Shown: positions 27,004 to 41,042, numbered from the stretch's first letter. The stretch is DNA of 64,000 nucleotides from Octopus vulgaris (GCA_951406725.2 OX597820.1:93744001-93808000), one strand, 5' to 3'. Notes: generated from the letters alone by a model not told the origin. Numbers and translations are program-made.

Positions 27004-27659
27004 ACTTGTTAATCTATTTTATATTACAGTTCTCGCTCTAATTCACTAACACTATATAAATAAATGTGCCAGCAATAACAATTTCAATGAAAGGTTTGCC
27101 TAGTCATGACGTAAATGCATTTTGGTAGACTAGCTTGTAACCAGATTAAAAGTTAAAAGAAAAAGTAAGCAAAGGTATATCGATAAACTTCAAAATTTAC
27201 AAATAAAAAGAGAAATTCGACTACAAACGGAAGGAAAACTTTTTAACGTTATATTTACAGTGCATATCAGAAATTCAATTTCATATCTTCAATCGATTCA
27301 AGTTGAAAGGCTAAATGTATTTATTTATAAGCTACTCATTATTAACCATTCATTATTCAAAAAACGCGTTTTCTATTTGTTTGACTACATTATAAAATAT
27401 GAGAATATTAATTGAGATATTGTATGCCATTACACAACTTTTGTTGGCGCAGTATCAAGGGACTATGCTTTTCTCCCAACTATAAAAGAACCCTTGAGAA
27501 TATTCATATAATAACGGCTGTTTTACAGCAATGTATTCGGTTGCAGAACATGAGAAATCTACTACATGAACTTTAAATAGTAGTTCATCAGTAGTTGATT
27601 TTGTGACTCTTCTGTTCTCAGTGTCATACGTACTTAAACTTCACAATTTAACTATATTC

Positions 27660-27962
27660 CTTCATTCTTTAACTTGTTTCAATCATTGGACTACGACCAT
27701 ACTGAAACACCGCCTTGAAGGGTTTACTTGAACAAATCGTCATCAATACTTTGGCGAACCACTATTGTACGTCCCCGTAATTTAGCAGTAAGTGGGGAAG
27801 CAAAGAGAAATACACACACACATACATACACATGAAGGGTTGTCATAATTTATGTCTACCAAATTCAGTTATAAGGCATTGGATAATCCAGTGCTATAGA
27901 AGAAAACATTTGTCTAAGGTGTTGTGAAGTGGACTGAAACTGAAGATATGTGATTACGAAGC
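27660..27962 (-). mobile_element. Family A SINE, old and degenerate
   Basis: acttgtttcaatcattggactacgaccatactgaaacaccgccttgaag..tgtctaccaaattca..gtggactgaaac. Confidence 0.7.
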
Positions 27963-28254
27963 AGTAGACAATCAGTGCCTGAAAACCGACACCGCGAAAC
28001 CAATGAAACTTCACACGATAACTCGCATTGCTCTTATTCTCCCTCTCTTTGATATGTGTGTGTATGTGTGTACATACACACACATACACACACAAACATT
28101 CGTTCATATACACACAACCAAATACATATTTTGTCAGTAAACCCTAATTATTTCTTTACAACTAAAAGTTTCGCCTAGTTGACTTAAATCGACCGTACTT
28201 AACAGCTTATATACTATTATATTGCATGTTAATCATATGATAAATTTGTGATTT

Positions 28255-28317
<63 letters not shown>

Positions 28318-29091
28318 ATATCCCTTTGTTCTTCATAAGATGTAAACCAAAAAATAATTACCATTCCAGATACCACATTAACATGGTCTACATGCTCTTA
28401 TACGTTTTCCAACGGATCCCACAATAATTCATTGCTTTTCCAAATTGTCCGCAGAACTTGCTTTATTATCAACTGTACACCAAAAGTAGTGCCCCGGCAT
28501 GGCTTTGGCCGTGAGGGCTAAAGTGAGTTAAAGAACTACTGACCTCAAATCCTGCACACATATTATCTACTTTTAAAACATGTTATTGTTCCTGAGCAGA
28601 TCTAAAACCAAAAACATTCCATCATATTCCAAACATAACCATAAAGTTTTTTTAAGGGATATGAAGTATTACATTGGTCTTAGGCAAGACAATAAACTCC
28701 GCCCGGCGAGAAAACCCCAGCTCGGGCATTCAGGAGCCTTGGGGAGTGTGAAGTTACCCATTAGTCACCAATTCACTCAGTTCCACTTTGGCTCAAGATG
28801 CTAGTACCTGTTAAGGGCCTCGTTATGTATCACATAGCAGAAGGTGGTCCTGTGACGAGGGGCTATAGGATTCGGAGTAGGGTTAGGGTTAGGGTCAAGC
28901 TTCTAGACATGTAACATACATGTGATCGTGCCCTGATATCACTTGAACCAGTCCTCATGCCTAATTATTAAATAGGCTATGTGCCTTAACGGTTATTCCG
29001 GAAGAGCATGAAACTAGCAGAGTAAACTGTAAATAAACAGAAGGCAATAGGAAACCGTTGCTGTTTCTTTTCTCCACAGACTTTGGCATAT

Positions 29092-29160
29092 GGAGAGAGA
29101 AGGAGGAGAGAGAAGGAGGAGAGAGAAGGAGGAGAGAGAAGGAGGAGAGAGAAGAGAGAG
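29092..29160. repeat. 13-bp polypurine minisatellite (GGAGAGAGAAGGA) x about 5
   Basis: Directly visible. Confidence 0.9.
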
Positions 29161-29800
29161 AGCAGTAGTGGTGTTATTTGAAAAGAGATTGCTACTGCTA
29201 TTTCTAGCATGCCGTGCGACCACCTAAAGGCTCCAACATTGGTTCGTTTCAGTACGAGTTAGAAATGAATGTATTATACGTAAAAGAATGAGGAAGAAGA
29301 TTCTTCCTAAAATATAATATTCAAAATTAATCCTGGCTCTTTGCCGAAGAAAACTTCAACACAAGACTGTCTTTAATTATTCATTAACGATTTTGCCTTC
29401 TCTTATTGTTATTGCTTTCGTCGTTGTTGTTGTTGTTGTTGCTGTTGTTGTTATTGTTGATGTTGTTGTTGTTGTTGTTGTTTCTATTCGTCTATCAATG
29501 TATTCTTTCTGTATGGTTATTCATTGAATTTTGGATACATTCCAAGAGAATTATTGACAGTTTCTTTAAATGATGTCTCCATATCTGAATTTTTGATCTG
29601 ATGATTGTGGTGGTGGTGGTGGTGGTGGTAGTGTCGGTGGTAGTGACAGTGGTGGTTATAATGGTGGTTGTGTTGGCTGGTAGGTGCGTTGGTGTTAGTC
29701 GTTGCTGTGGTGATGATGTTGGTGACGGCGGCGGTGGCGAGACGGCGGCGGTGATAATGGTGATCTGGTGGTGGGTATGGCAGTGCTGTGTGTGAGTGTA

Positions 29801-29837
<37 letters not shown>

Positions 29838-29862
29838 TTGTGTGTGTGTGTGTGTGTGTATT

Positions 29863-29895
<33 letters not shown>

Positions 29896-30604
29896 ATTTG
29901 TGTGTGTGTGTTTGTGTGTGTATGTGTGTGTGTGTGTATTATTCTTTTAAAATATGGAATATAAACAACGAAATCATCCTGACTGAATATTATACAGCCA
30001 ACAGCACCACTATTAGTGTCACCACTATTGCAATCATCAACACAACCATTATTAACACCAATGGTACCACCACCACCACCACCACCACTACCATCATCTC
30101 CAACACTATTAATACCACCACTGCCACCACTACTACGATACTCACATGTATGTTCTCTCAGGGCTGACCTGAGACTAAACAATAGCCACAAACACTACTC
30201 AATTAACCATGGTGATGACGACGGCGATGCTGCTGCTGATGATGATGATGGTAGAGGTAGGAGGTGAGTGATAAAGATGATACTAAATGTTAATGAAGAT
30301 GGTGATAATAACGATATCTAACGTAAGAAAGCGATCATAGATTTGGTGAAACTTCAATTGCTGACGTGTATTTTATCAAACACAGAATGGCAAAAACCCT
30401 AAATGTTCCCCCGAGGAAATTTAAACACAGATGACAAATAGCTGAAACTAAACACTGCTTCACTAATGACGTTGATCAACCTGCCTAATGATAACAATAC
30501 AAATAATAATAGCTATAAGATGCAAAATGAGAATGTGAGTGAAAAAGAATCACCACACCAGAATCATGGCCCCAGCATAATAGGTGGATATCATTTATCA
30601 AGAC

Positions 30605-30820
30605 GAGACGGCGAGCTGGCAGAATCGTTAGCACGCCGGACAAAATGATTAGCGGCATTTCATCTATCTTTACGTTCTGAGTTCAAATTCCACCGAGATC
30701 AATTTTGCCTGTCATCCTCTCGGGGTCAATAAGATAAATTACCAGTCAAATACTGGGGTCAATGTAATCGACTTCCCTTTCTCTCAAAAACCGCTGGTCC
30801 GAGTGCCAAAATTGGAAACC
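30605..30820 (+). mobile_element. Family B SINE, full length
   Basis: gacggcgagctggcagaatcgttagcacgccgg..; imperfect 15-bp TSD atcatttatcaagac (30590-30604) and atcatttatttagac (30821-30835). Confidence 0.9.
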
Positions 30821-30835
30821 ATCATTTATTTAGAC

Positions 30836-31182
30836 TAGGGGTTCTCAACCACTTTTTATCTACGAACCTTTTTGATTATTATTTTATCCTGGTGGACCTC
30901 CTAGTCATTCGATGTTTAAAAACTAGTTTTATAGAAACTTCTTTCAAAATTCCTATTTTGTTATTCACACATTAACTTGATTGGTTAAACTATGTAAAAC
31001 GTCAGAGAAAGAAACCTAGCTGTTTCTTGCAATGCATACCAATACATACAGCTACAGCAAAATTTTTTCCAGGGTCCTTAAAATACTCCTGTGGGTCCTC
31101 AGTTTACTATTTTCTTGCGTGGTTCCTCATAAATCTTATATGGACCCTCAAGGGCCATATAGATCCCGATTGAGAGCCACTG
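30836..31182. mobile_element. Non-autonomous hAT (Charlie-type) element, 347 bp
   Basis: TIRs taggggttctcaacc and gattgagagccactg (CAGTGGTTCTCAA type); 8-bp TSD atttagac/atctagac fits the Charlie NTCTAGAN preference. Confidence 0.85.
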
Positions 31183-31194
31183 ATCTAGACAATA

Positions 31195-31752
31195 ATGGGA
31201 GTTAAAGACTAATAGTTTGGGATTGATGAAGTATTCAGTACCTGCTTCAATGTAGGTAACCAGAACACAAAAGCTAGAGCAACAAAATTCAATGGTTTTG
31301 ATCAGAATCAGTACGCTGACTTGTTACTAAAGGGTAAAGCAATATTTATTCTCAAAAATAAAATATAAACAACACCCACCTGAGACTCTGAAAACTACAG
31401 ACCTGTTTATCTAGAATATATACATGCCTGTCATCATTGTATATACTCTCCAAGAGGCTGGTAGTTCATTTAGCAGATATTAATGTTTTACAAGATGAAC
31501 AGAGACGGTAGTGGAGTGGATGTATGTTTGTGAAGGTACTGACTGCTATTGTACAGAATCGTGTTTTGAAGAGAGCAATTGAAAAGCAAAAATCTAAACA
31601 CAACTTTCGACAGCATACCACATTCCTGGATACTGAAAATACTACTAGACAAACAAAACAGACCTAATACTATGGCAACATACACACATACATACATTTA
31701 CAAACATGCATATAGACACATACACACCTACATGCGTATGTGTGTGTGCGCG

Positions 31753-31818
<66 letters not shown>

Positions 31819-33500
31819 CAACGCCATGTCAAAATGGAAAACATCAAGAACACTGTAAGATAAAGAGAAGATAATTGAAAGGAAACGGTAGTATCTTTTT
31901 CATAAGAGAAATCTTTCAAGGAGAATCCTTATCGCTACAATTCTTATGCTTACCTAGCTCTGACTTGATTAGCAAATCTGTTGAATGAAACCAGTAATCA
32001 CTCTAAATGTTAACGACAAACTATACGGTAACTTCTGTATGGAGGATTTATTTATAAGCTCAAAATAAATTCAAAAGTGATTTCAAGACGTGTTGGAGAT
32101 TTGAGAAATGAACAAAAGGTTTCCCCAAAAGATGCTAATAAACGAAAGCTCGAACTATTTACTTAAATATAGACGCTAAAAAGACAGAATTAAAATAGAA
32201 TTACCCATACAAGTACTTAGCAATAGATGAATTTCATAAAATGCAATACACAAAAACGAAGTGGAAAAGTTAAAACGAATTACTGCAAGTGATTCAGATT
32301 AATGATAAAAACTGGATTCAGTGTCAGCAACTAGATTATAAATGCACTTATCATTTAATTTTTTAATTCACAGCTTCAAAATAGTAAATTTAAAGTGTCA
32401 TGAACTAAAGAGTTTCGGTAGTAAAATCAAATAAATATATATTGTATTTAGAAATACATCTCTAATAATACAGAAAAGATATACCGATCAAGCAGACATG
32501 GAGATTATGCTTTGCGCAATTAGAGAACTTTTACAAAGTAACAAGAGCAGATCGTTGAAGAACACTTCAAAATCAGGCAAAAATGTACTTAATATAAAGA
32601 GACAGAACAAAATAAAAAAGATCTGTGGATACGAATGCGATAAAGAAATTTGTCGCCAATTACATTGGATGAAAAGATATGGTTCAAAAATAAAATAATA
32701 TAAAAGATAAAGAGAAACAGAGGATAGTATCAAAGCAGAAAACTGAAAGATGTTAAAGAAAGGTTGGAAAAAGAAACCTCTCCATGAACCAATACCATAC
32801 TACATGATTAGAGAAAAGTGAGCCAAAAATATAGCCTGATAATGACTCGAAAGAGCGGGAGTAAAGGCAGCTGTTGAAGGTCTGATTTCAGTTAGAGAAG
32901 ATCAATGTCTAGCCAGAAAAAAAAAAGTAAAACTACCACCAAAATAAAATAATAAATTAGAAGCTGACATGCAATCGGCTGAACGAAAAACAATAAACCA
33001 CATCAGTTATGGCTGCCAAGTCCCCAAGCAAAAGAAAAAGAAAAAAAAACAATTTTTTCTTAAAGAAAGAAAAATATATCTATACACAAGACCGCATGGA
33101 TAGCGATAACTACTTTTAGCCGATGCGAAAGACACAGAACTAAGAAGCTGAAAGTTTCCACTTTAGCCAATATGCTGATACTTTGGAATTCAAAACTATC
33201 CTTCAGTATGCACCAGACCTGGTATATGACAAAGACCTGATAATCTGCAATACGTTTGTTCGGGCTAATGAAGGAAATTACAGAGAAACTCTGATATTAT
33301 AATCAATAAGGAAAAGAAATCCCAAGCACTTTGACAGATATCTCACTGTTCTCTCTAAAAGTACATGGGAAAGCTTTTAGGGTACAAAGTCCTCGATACT
33401 GAAATAACCAAGATGCAGAGTATCACAGTAAAAACAGTACCAATGATAATTTGTACAGCTGATATGATTAAAACAATTATGAACGAAAGTTTAGTAAAAC
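31195..33500 (+). mobile_element. R4/Dong-clade non-LTR retrotransposon fossil (RT, zinc-knuckle region, RLE)
   Basis: Degenerate motifs in order: NYRP..TCL, FDSIPHSWILKIL, MSKWKT, IFQGESLS, MEDL (like YMDD), WKKKPLH, VEGLISVREDQCL, TINHISYGCQV, KLLGYKVLDTEITKM..KTVPMII; microsatellite inserted at about 31680-31815. Confidence 0.85.
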
Positions 33501-33774
33501 TACGCTCAACTTTTTTTGCGTATCAAGTTGATCTCAATTTTACCCACAGTTCAAAATATAACTCCATTACACACAACATACATTCAATAAGGCAGCTTAT
33601 ACGACACACATTCTATACTGTCGTCATTTCTTAATACAACATTACAACTCATACAGCACATGTTATAATTAGTAATCACTTCATTCTTTTAAAATACTCT
33701 TAATTAACTAAACACTGTAGAGTATTTTAAGGATTCCCATAATGATAATAACACCACCAACAACAATAACAATT

Positions 33775-34180
33775 GCTTCTAACACAGGCATATGGCCAAA
33801 AATTGAGAGAGAAATGAAGAATTGATTAAATTGACCCCAGTTCTTGATCGATTCTTTATTTTATCGACTCGGGAAGGTTAAAAGGTTAATTTGACTTCGG
33901 CGGTATTTCAACTCAAGATGTAAAGATACTGCAAAAGTAACAATACTGAAAGTTAATTTTTCCGACGCTCTACCGATTATTGCTAATCCACAATAATCGT
34001 TTCCAACATGAAAACAAGACCTGAAATATTGGGAAGGAATTAGTTGATTCTAGCACATGCCAGATATTTTATTCTATCCGCTCTAGAACAATGGAAAACA
34101 AAATTGACCTCGGCAGCTTCCGGAAAAATAACGTAAGGTTTTTTACCCGACACTCTAACAGTTCTACCAGCTCACTGCCT
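33775..34180 (-). mobile_element. Two degenerate tandem family B SINEs
   Basis: attttatcgactcgggaaggttaaaaggttaatttgacttcggcgg and aaaattgacctcggcag..ttctaccagctcactgcc. Confidence 0.7.
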
Positions 34181-34749
34181 TTACAACAACAATATCTTTT
34201 TCCTTTATTTACCACAAGGACTATTAGTAAGGGAACATTACACAAACAAATGTTAATAGTTATAATGAGAGTAGTTGTTGGTAGTATTGTAATATTTTTA
34301 TGACGCAATAACCACAAAACTAAGAAGCTCAAAGTTTCCACTTCAGTACTCTCATGACTATCAGCAAGAGACCAATTAATTGTGATGGAAGGTGGGGTGT
34401 TATTGAAACATCAGTATCCATTATTGTTGGCCATACACCGCACCACCTCCTTTTACTGATTTTAACCTTTGAAAAGCTGTTAAAACACTAGACTTACAAA
34501 TAATAGCTAATTTAATGATTTTTACGAGCCACACAGATTGAAAAGGTCGGCTGTTTCTCTTTCATTCCTACAAAACGTTAAGTGGATGAGAAAACGAGAG
34601 CATGGATTGCCGAGCAGATAGTTTACCAAAGAAGAAGCAGAAAGATCGCTGGATCGTATACTGTAAGCGGTGCTGGTATATAATTTACCGACGAAAGCAG
34701 CTGAGAATTCGTTGGATCGTATACTACCAGGTGCGCGATAGGCACTCGA

Positions 34750-34935
34750 TGTGTTCACTCGAACAACTAGAAGGAACAACAAAATCCCTTCAAACTACAC
34801 CCCACTGTTCGTGAATAAATAAGGATGTGTTGGACAATATGCTTTTATGTACTTAACACACATAAAGGAGGAGATGGTCACGATTGGGAAGTCTTTGTTA
34901 ATAGGCCTGCTCAATCAAGACTGACTTGAGGCTCG
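34750..34935 (+). mobile_element. Family D repeat copy
   Basis: aaatcccttcaaactacaccc..gatggtcacg..ggcctgctcaatcaagactgac, collinear with 52205 and 47812. Confidence 0.55.
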
Positions 34936-35045
34936 TATTCTTAGGTCGGCGGATTGTAAACTGCCAGTAGTGCTGCATATGTCCATGCACAAGACATACA
35001 GCTCCCAACGGCTATGTTTGCCTAGGTGATCACACAAACACACAC

Positions 35046-35093
<48 letters not shown>

Positions 35094-35469
35094 ACACACA
35101 CACGCACACACACACACATATACGACGGACTGCTTTCGGCCCGACGTTATAGTAGAAGACAATTGCCTAAGGTGCCACGAAGTGGGACGAAAACCGGAAC
35201 CATGTGGTTAAAAAGCAAACTTCTTTAAAAAAAATTCAACATTAGCTTAGAGGAGCATACGCTATATTTCAATAGAGTTTCATATTTATTTCTTTGACAA
35301 GGCAAAGGTTAACAACGACTTCGAAACAACAATCAATTTGATGGGGGCAACTGAAATGAAACTTCAAAATCACTCTCTGGTTTTTCCTTGTACATACATT
35401 CATTACGTACACATATTATTGTTTGTGTGTATGTGTATATATATATATATATATATATACTCATATGTA

Positions 35470-35814
35470 AGGGTAAAGACCCCCTTCGGTCATGAATGAC
35501 CATGGGATTGCACCTAGAAAGTTACCCTCCTAGACACAAGTCTGGGCAAGGTTGTTTATGGAAGACCAGCAGTCGCCCATGCATACCAGCCTCCCTCTCC
35601 ACGCCACCAGTGTTATCCAAGGGAAAGACAAAGGTCGATACAGCTTGGCACCAGTGACGTCGCAACTCATTTCTACAGCTGAGTGAACTGGAGCAACGTG
35701 AAATAAAGTGCCTTGCTCAAGAACACAACACGCAGCCCGATCCGGGATTCGAGCTCACAACCTCACGATCGTAAGCTCGACGCTCTAACCACTGAGCCAT
35801 TCGCCTTCACAAAA
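35470..35814 (-). mobile_element. Family C SINE, head H2 + tail T3, intact
   Basis: tRNA-like head; 3' hairpin ggtca-ttca-tgacc then tttacccttac; 11-bp TSD actcatatgta at 35459-35469 and 35815-35825. Confidence 0.92.
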
Positions 35815-35818
35815 ACTC

Positions 35819-35863
<45 letters not shown>

Positions 35864-35888
35864 TATACTCATATGTATATATATACAT

Positions 35889-36010
35889 TGGCCTTCTCGC
35901 TTAGCCAGCGGGGTGGCGTCATTTGAAGGCTAAAACAATGCGAAGCGCATTGTGACTAGCGATGTTTAACAGCATCTGATAGCCTGGTCGGTCACGGTGA
36001 TCACGGTGAT
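35889..36010 (+). mobile_element. Isolated SINE tail T2 (5'-truncated insertion)
   Basis: Reverse complement of 58110-58228. Confidence 0.85.
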
Positions 36011-36557
36011 ATATATACATATATAGATTTAACTTTGATCCGTTAATAATAATAACAGTAAGATGAATAGCCTGAGGACACACTGGTGGATTTATGTAAT
36101 AGGTATAGCCTAGATAAACACACCACCAGCGCAGAAACACGTGTTGCATTGATTAATATGATCTTCTTTCCCCACAGACTAACAACAGGTAAGGTATATA
36201 TATTTTTTCAAATATTTTTAAATAAGCTTTTTAAATAATTTTATTGTAGTTTATAGTAGGTTTTAAAATGCTTATATTATTTTAGCATTATATAGGATAT
36301 ATAATGTATATCTTTCTATGTATATTCCAGACAATTAGGTTGTTCTGAAAGAAGAGTTGCGGTTCCATTGGTAAAATCCCAAATATGTAATGATATTATA
36401 AATGAGACTCTTTACATTGCATTAGTAAGTGCAAAATAGTAAATGTCCTGATAACCTGGAATACTTATCATTCCCTAAGGATTTTAAAAATATACATACA
36501 TATATATATATACATACATATATATGAATACATACATATATATAAATACATACATAC

Positions 36558-36600
<43 letters not shown>

Positions 36601-36637
36601 CATAAGTATATCAATACACACATATATATATACACAA

Positions 36638-36704
<67 letters not shown>

Positions 36705-36787
36705 TATATATATGTATATACATATATATATATATTCATATATATATATATATATAGATAAACATATATATATATTTATATATGTAC

Positions 36788-36833
<46 letters not shown>

Positions 36834-37068
36834 GTATATATGTACGTATGTATGTATGTATGTATGTATGTATGTATGTATGTATGTATGTATATGAGAA
36901 ATGCACAAACAGAGAATGGGAGAGATTTATTTGGTTGGGTTTTTTCCCAAATGACCTTATTTTTTTTCTGTCACATTTATCAACCAATTAAGTACAGTAA
37001 TTAACTGGTTTCAAACTTTAATGAGACATTTTTTGCGCATATACATAAATACATACATACATATACAT

Positions 37069-37123
<55 letters not shown>

Positions 37124-38081
37124 CTGTGTGGTGTCTATGTGGCTGTATGAATGCGCATGTAGTTATATATTTAACAACACCCAGTTTCGTAGATATAATG
37201 TCAGAAGAGAGAAGGAAAAGATGTGGCTTGAAAGGTTTGCATTACAAACGCATAGTGGTATCTGTGCATACAATAGTATCAAACTACGCTGCCTTATTAT
37301 TATTATTATTATTATTATTATCATATACGCACTTACTCTCCGCGCAACCACACACACTCTCTCTCTCAGTCACTCTATGTTTCTTTGTCTTTTTCTCACA
37401 TATACATAAAAGTCTGTCACAATATTATTCCTCACATCTGTTTTCATGATTAGAAAGATAATAGAAAAGATACAGAGAGAATGTTGAGAAAGTTAGAGGG
37501 AGTTCTTCTCAATGAGATCTATCTACATGTTAATCTCGTTGTTTCTCTTATTCTTCTTATTTTTTTGTGGGGGAATGTTATTCATTTAGCTATTTTCATG
37601 TCGTACTATTCTTGTTTTCTCTCTTTCTACAATAACAGATGGAAGTTATCAACACTGCAGTGCGCTTAGGAAATGATGAAGACGACGATGATGACGACGA
37701 CAACGAAGAAGCTGATTTTATAGTGGTTGATCAGGTCAACTTTTATTTGGAATAGAACTTAACAGTTGTTCTGTTTCGCAGAAACATTCAAAAGACACAT
37801 CATCTAGCGGGTGAAACGAAGCCAAAATTTGTAATGTGAGATATTTTATCGCGTGTACTGATTTTTCCAAAATGATGGTCTTAAAAAGCAGTCTTTGTCT
37901 TTAAATACACTTACATACATACATACATATATACATATATAGGTAAGGATATTAAGAGATGGTGAGAAAGAAGGAGAGATAGAAGGAGAGAGACTTTTAG
38001 AAAGCTATTTAGAAAGATGCAAGGCTTTATATATGGGGGAATTTAATAGATGTAGGAACTGATAGATAGATAGATAGATGA

Positions 38082-38126
<45 letters not shown>

Positions 38127-38761
38127 TAAAAAGAGATAGATAGATAAAGGGAGATAAAGAGTGAGAGATAAAGAGAGACATAAATAAAGAGAGAGAGATA
38201 GAGAGATAAAGAGAGAGAGATAGATAAAGAGAGAGAAATAGAGAGAGAAAGAGAGAGAGAGATAGGAAGATAAAGATATTTTGAACGTGCATGTAAGAGT
38301 ATCTTTTCAGATAGATATTCTGTCAAAAGCATTTACAATATGCTCAGTACGCTCTTTTACTTTTTTATGTGCCAAAAGCACTTCAGTTGGGGTTCCCTAT
38401 TTTCACGAAAGAGCACAATTATGATAGGAATTAGGGCGCTTGATTGACTAAGCTGAACAGTATTATTAGGTGGACCACATTAAATTCGATTCTAGAGCTG
38501 AGACCAATATCAAGAGAGAGTAAATCCCAAGCAGTAACGTTAGCTCGTTATTTCGATGACCCAAGATGTGGATTACAAACAGTAAAGTTTAACAGGGAAA
38601 TCACAGTCAACATTTTGGAAATGATAGTTAAGTAAGACTGTTAAGGTATTATAGTTTTCAAGCACTCTCACCTGATTTTATTAATTTTTGAACCTCTTTT
38701 AGCGAAACCTATACCACTTGCGCGTTATAAATAATTGTTCTTAATATATTGGGTAAAAATA

Positions 38762-38939
38762 TATGGCACTGAGCAAAATGCTTAGCGGTATTTCGTCCGT
38801 CTTTACGTTATGGGTTCAAATTCCGCCGAGGTCGACCTTGCCTTTCATCCTTTCGGGGTCGATAAAATAAGTACCAGTCGACTACTGGGTCGATGTGAAT
38901 AACTTACCCCCTCTCTTCTTGTGCCAAAATTTTAAACCG
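38762..38939 (+). mobile_element. Family B SINE, 5'-truncated
   Basis: Perfect 17-bp TSD tatattgggtaaaaata at 38745-38761 and 38940-38956. Confidence 0.92.
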
Positions 38940-39344
38940 TATATTGGGTAAAAATACACTGAGACAGAAAAAAAAGTGCTGGGAATAAAATCAATATAGC
39001 GATCGAAGTATGTGTTCAGATTATGTCTGACGGCTTTGATACCACAACACCAAAGTAGACTTGAAAACTTCTAACCCTCGTAATCAGAAGCTTTTACTGT
39101 ACAACATATACATAAATATATACATACACACACACACATACACACACATACACACACACATATATATATATAGTATAATATGATTACTAAGTGTTTAGGT
39201 ATGAAGTTGTGAACATCAAAATCAATTGACATCCTGGTGGTCAAAAATAGCAACCTTTTGATTGACACGCCCATATTTCGAAGTTTTGATTGACACGCCG
39301 GTATTTCGAGGCTTGTGACTCTAAATTATTCTCAATGTTTTGAC

Positions 39345-39833
39345 TTTAACCCATCTGGGTTCAAAAATAAAGTATCAGTGAAATACTGGAGTCAATGATA
39401 TCGACTAACCACCTACCTCAAAATTGTTGGCCTTGTATCCAAATCAAACGTATTATTATTAACGTCATTATTATCGAGGTCAACTTAGCCTTTTTATCTT
39501 TTGGTGTTCAACAATATAAAGTAGCAGTGAAGTACAGGTATCGATGGTATTGCCTAATCTCATTCTCTCAAAAACTGCAGGTCTTGTGCCTAAATCAGAA
39601 ACAATTATTATCAACGACAAGCTTCAGGATCGTTTGTACGACGGACAAAATACTTAGAGGCATATATCCTGGCATTATGTTTTGTGTTTAAATTCCGCTG
39701 AGGTCGACTTAGCGTTTCAACGTTGTGGGTCGATAAAATAAGTACCAGCTGAGCACTAGGGTCTATATACTCGACTAATCACCTCTTCCAAAATTTCAAA
39801 CCTTGTGCCTTTAGTAGAAAGGATTATTATTAC
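39345..39833 (+). mobile_element. Head-to-tail stack of three family B SINE fragments
   Basis: aaaataaagtatcagt/aaagtagcagt/aaataagtaccag..gg(c)cttg..attatta repeated three times. Confidence 0.75.
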
Positions 39834-40215
39834 TACCTCATTAGAGTTATCTACCCTTTCATATGCTCATAGATCTTAAATGCCTCCACAAAGCCATTTG
39901 TCCAAAAATTGCCTGAATAAGATGTGTTAATTTAAGTTTTTCAACTGACTGTATCACATACACGAGACACTAAAGTATGGGTATTTAGTATGCAGAATGA
40001 GTCCCTAAGGTATTTTCCATCAGCCACATTGTCGATTGTTGATTTTATCAGTTTTTCGACTTTGCATCTCTCAATCCTCATCTATTCTTATTTTCTGTGT
40101 CTAAACGTATGGATCTCTCCACAGTTAGGTGGAACGAGGCAGTGTGTATAGCATATCTTGGCCACAGACGTATACAAAGCATTGCTCGTAGTAGTTCAAC
40201 ATTTAACTCGGCAAG

Positions 40216-40248
<33 letters not shown>

Positions 40249-40267
40249 ACTCTCCCTCCCTCTCTCT

Positions 40268-40309
<42 letters not shown>

Positions 40310-40623
40310 TTTCCTCTCTCTCTATATATATATGTCTCCTTTGCGTTATGATGATTCTGCAATGTTTATGAGTTATGCTGTCACACAGACTCGGAGATTA
40401 TGAATAATGCAACTGATTATCTAGTGGTTCATGAAACATCATAACAAAGAGTCAAAGTCCCATAAAAGCATTGATCTCTATCAGGACTAAGACACATTTC
40501 TACATGCATAAAACATAACTACTAAGTCCCATAAACCAACATCAGATATAAGTAAAATGGTGTTGCTAACAAGTCGATACACCAGTTGACAGAAATCGAT
40601 ATGCACAACGCGGCGTAGTTTTC

Positions 40624-40666
<43 letters not shown>

Positions 40667-40844
40667 ATTAATTATTATTATTATTATTATTAGCGTTATC
40701 ATTATCATTTTATTTATTGGCTTTGCTATTTTTTGTTGCAATCGTTAATTTTGTCATTTTTTGTTCGATCTTAATTCCCCACTGCATTTGTCTTTCGTAT
40801 TTCGCTTGTTTCCAAACTCTTGTGCCCTTGTGGCTAATAAAAGA

Positions 40845-40884
<40 letters not shown>

Positions 40885-40982
40885 GTTGTTGTTGTTGTTG
40901 TTATTATTGGATTGGCAGAATTGTTAGGGCATCAGAAAAAGTGTAACGCTGCATTTTTACGTTCTGGGGTCTAATCTCATCG

Positions 40983-41042
<60 letters not shown>

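Noticed and set aside
28878-28894. Telomeric TTAGGG repeats
   Set aside because: Only about three units; too short to call an interstitial telomere
29517-30267. His/Thr/Gly/Pro-rich ORFs (also 52964-53401 and 55852-56241)
   Set aside because: Derived from (GGT)/(ACC)/(AGT) trinucleotide tracts without splice or domain support
40030-40200. Possible RTE LINE scraps (also 12050-12300 and 56320-56560)
   Set aside because: Only vague motif resemblance; cannot be supported without alignment
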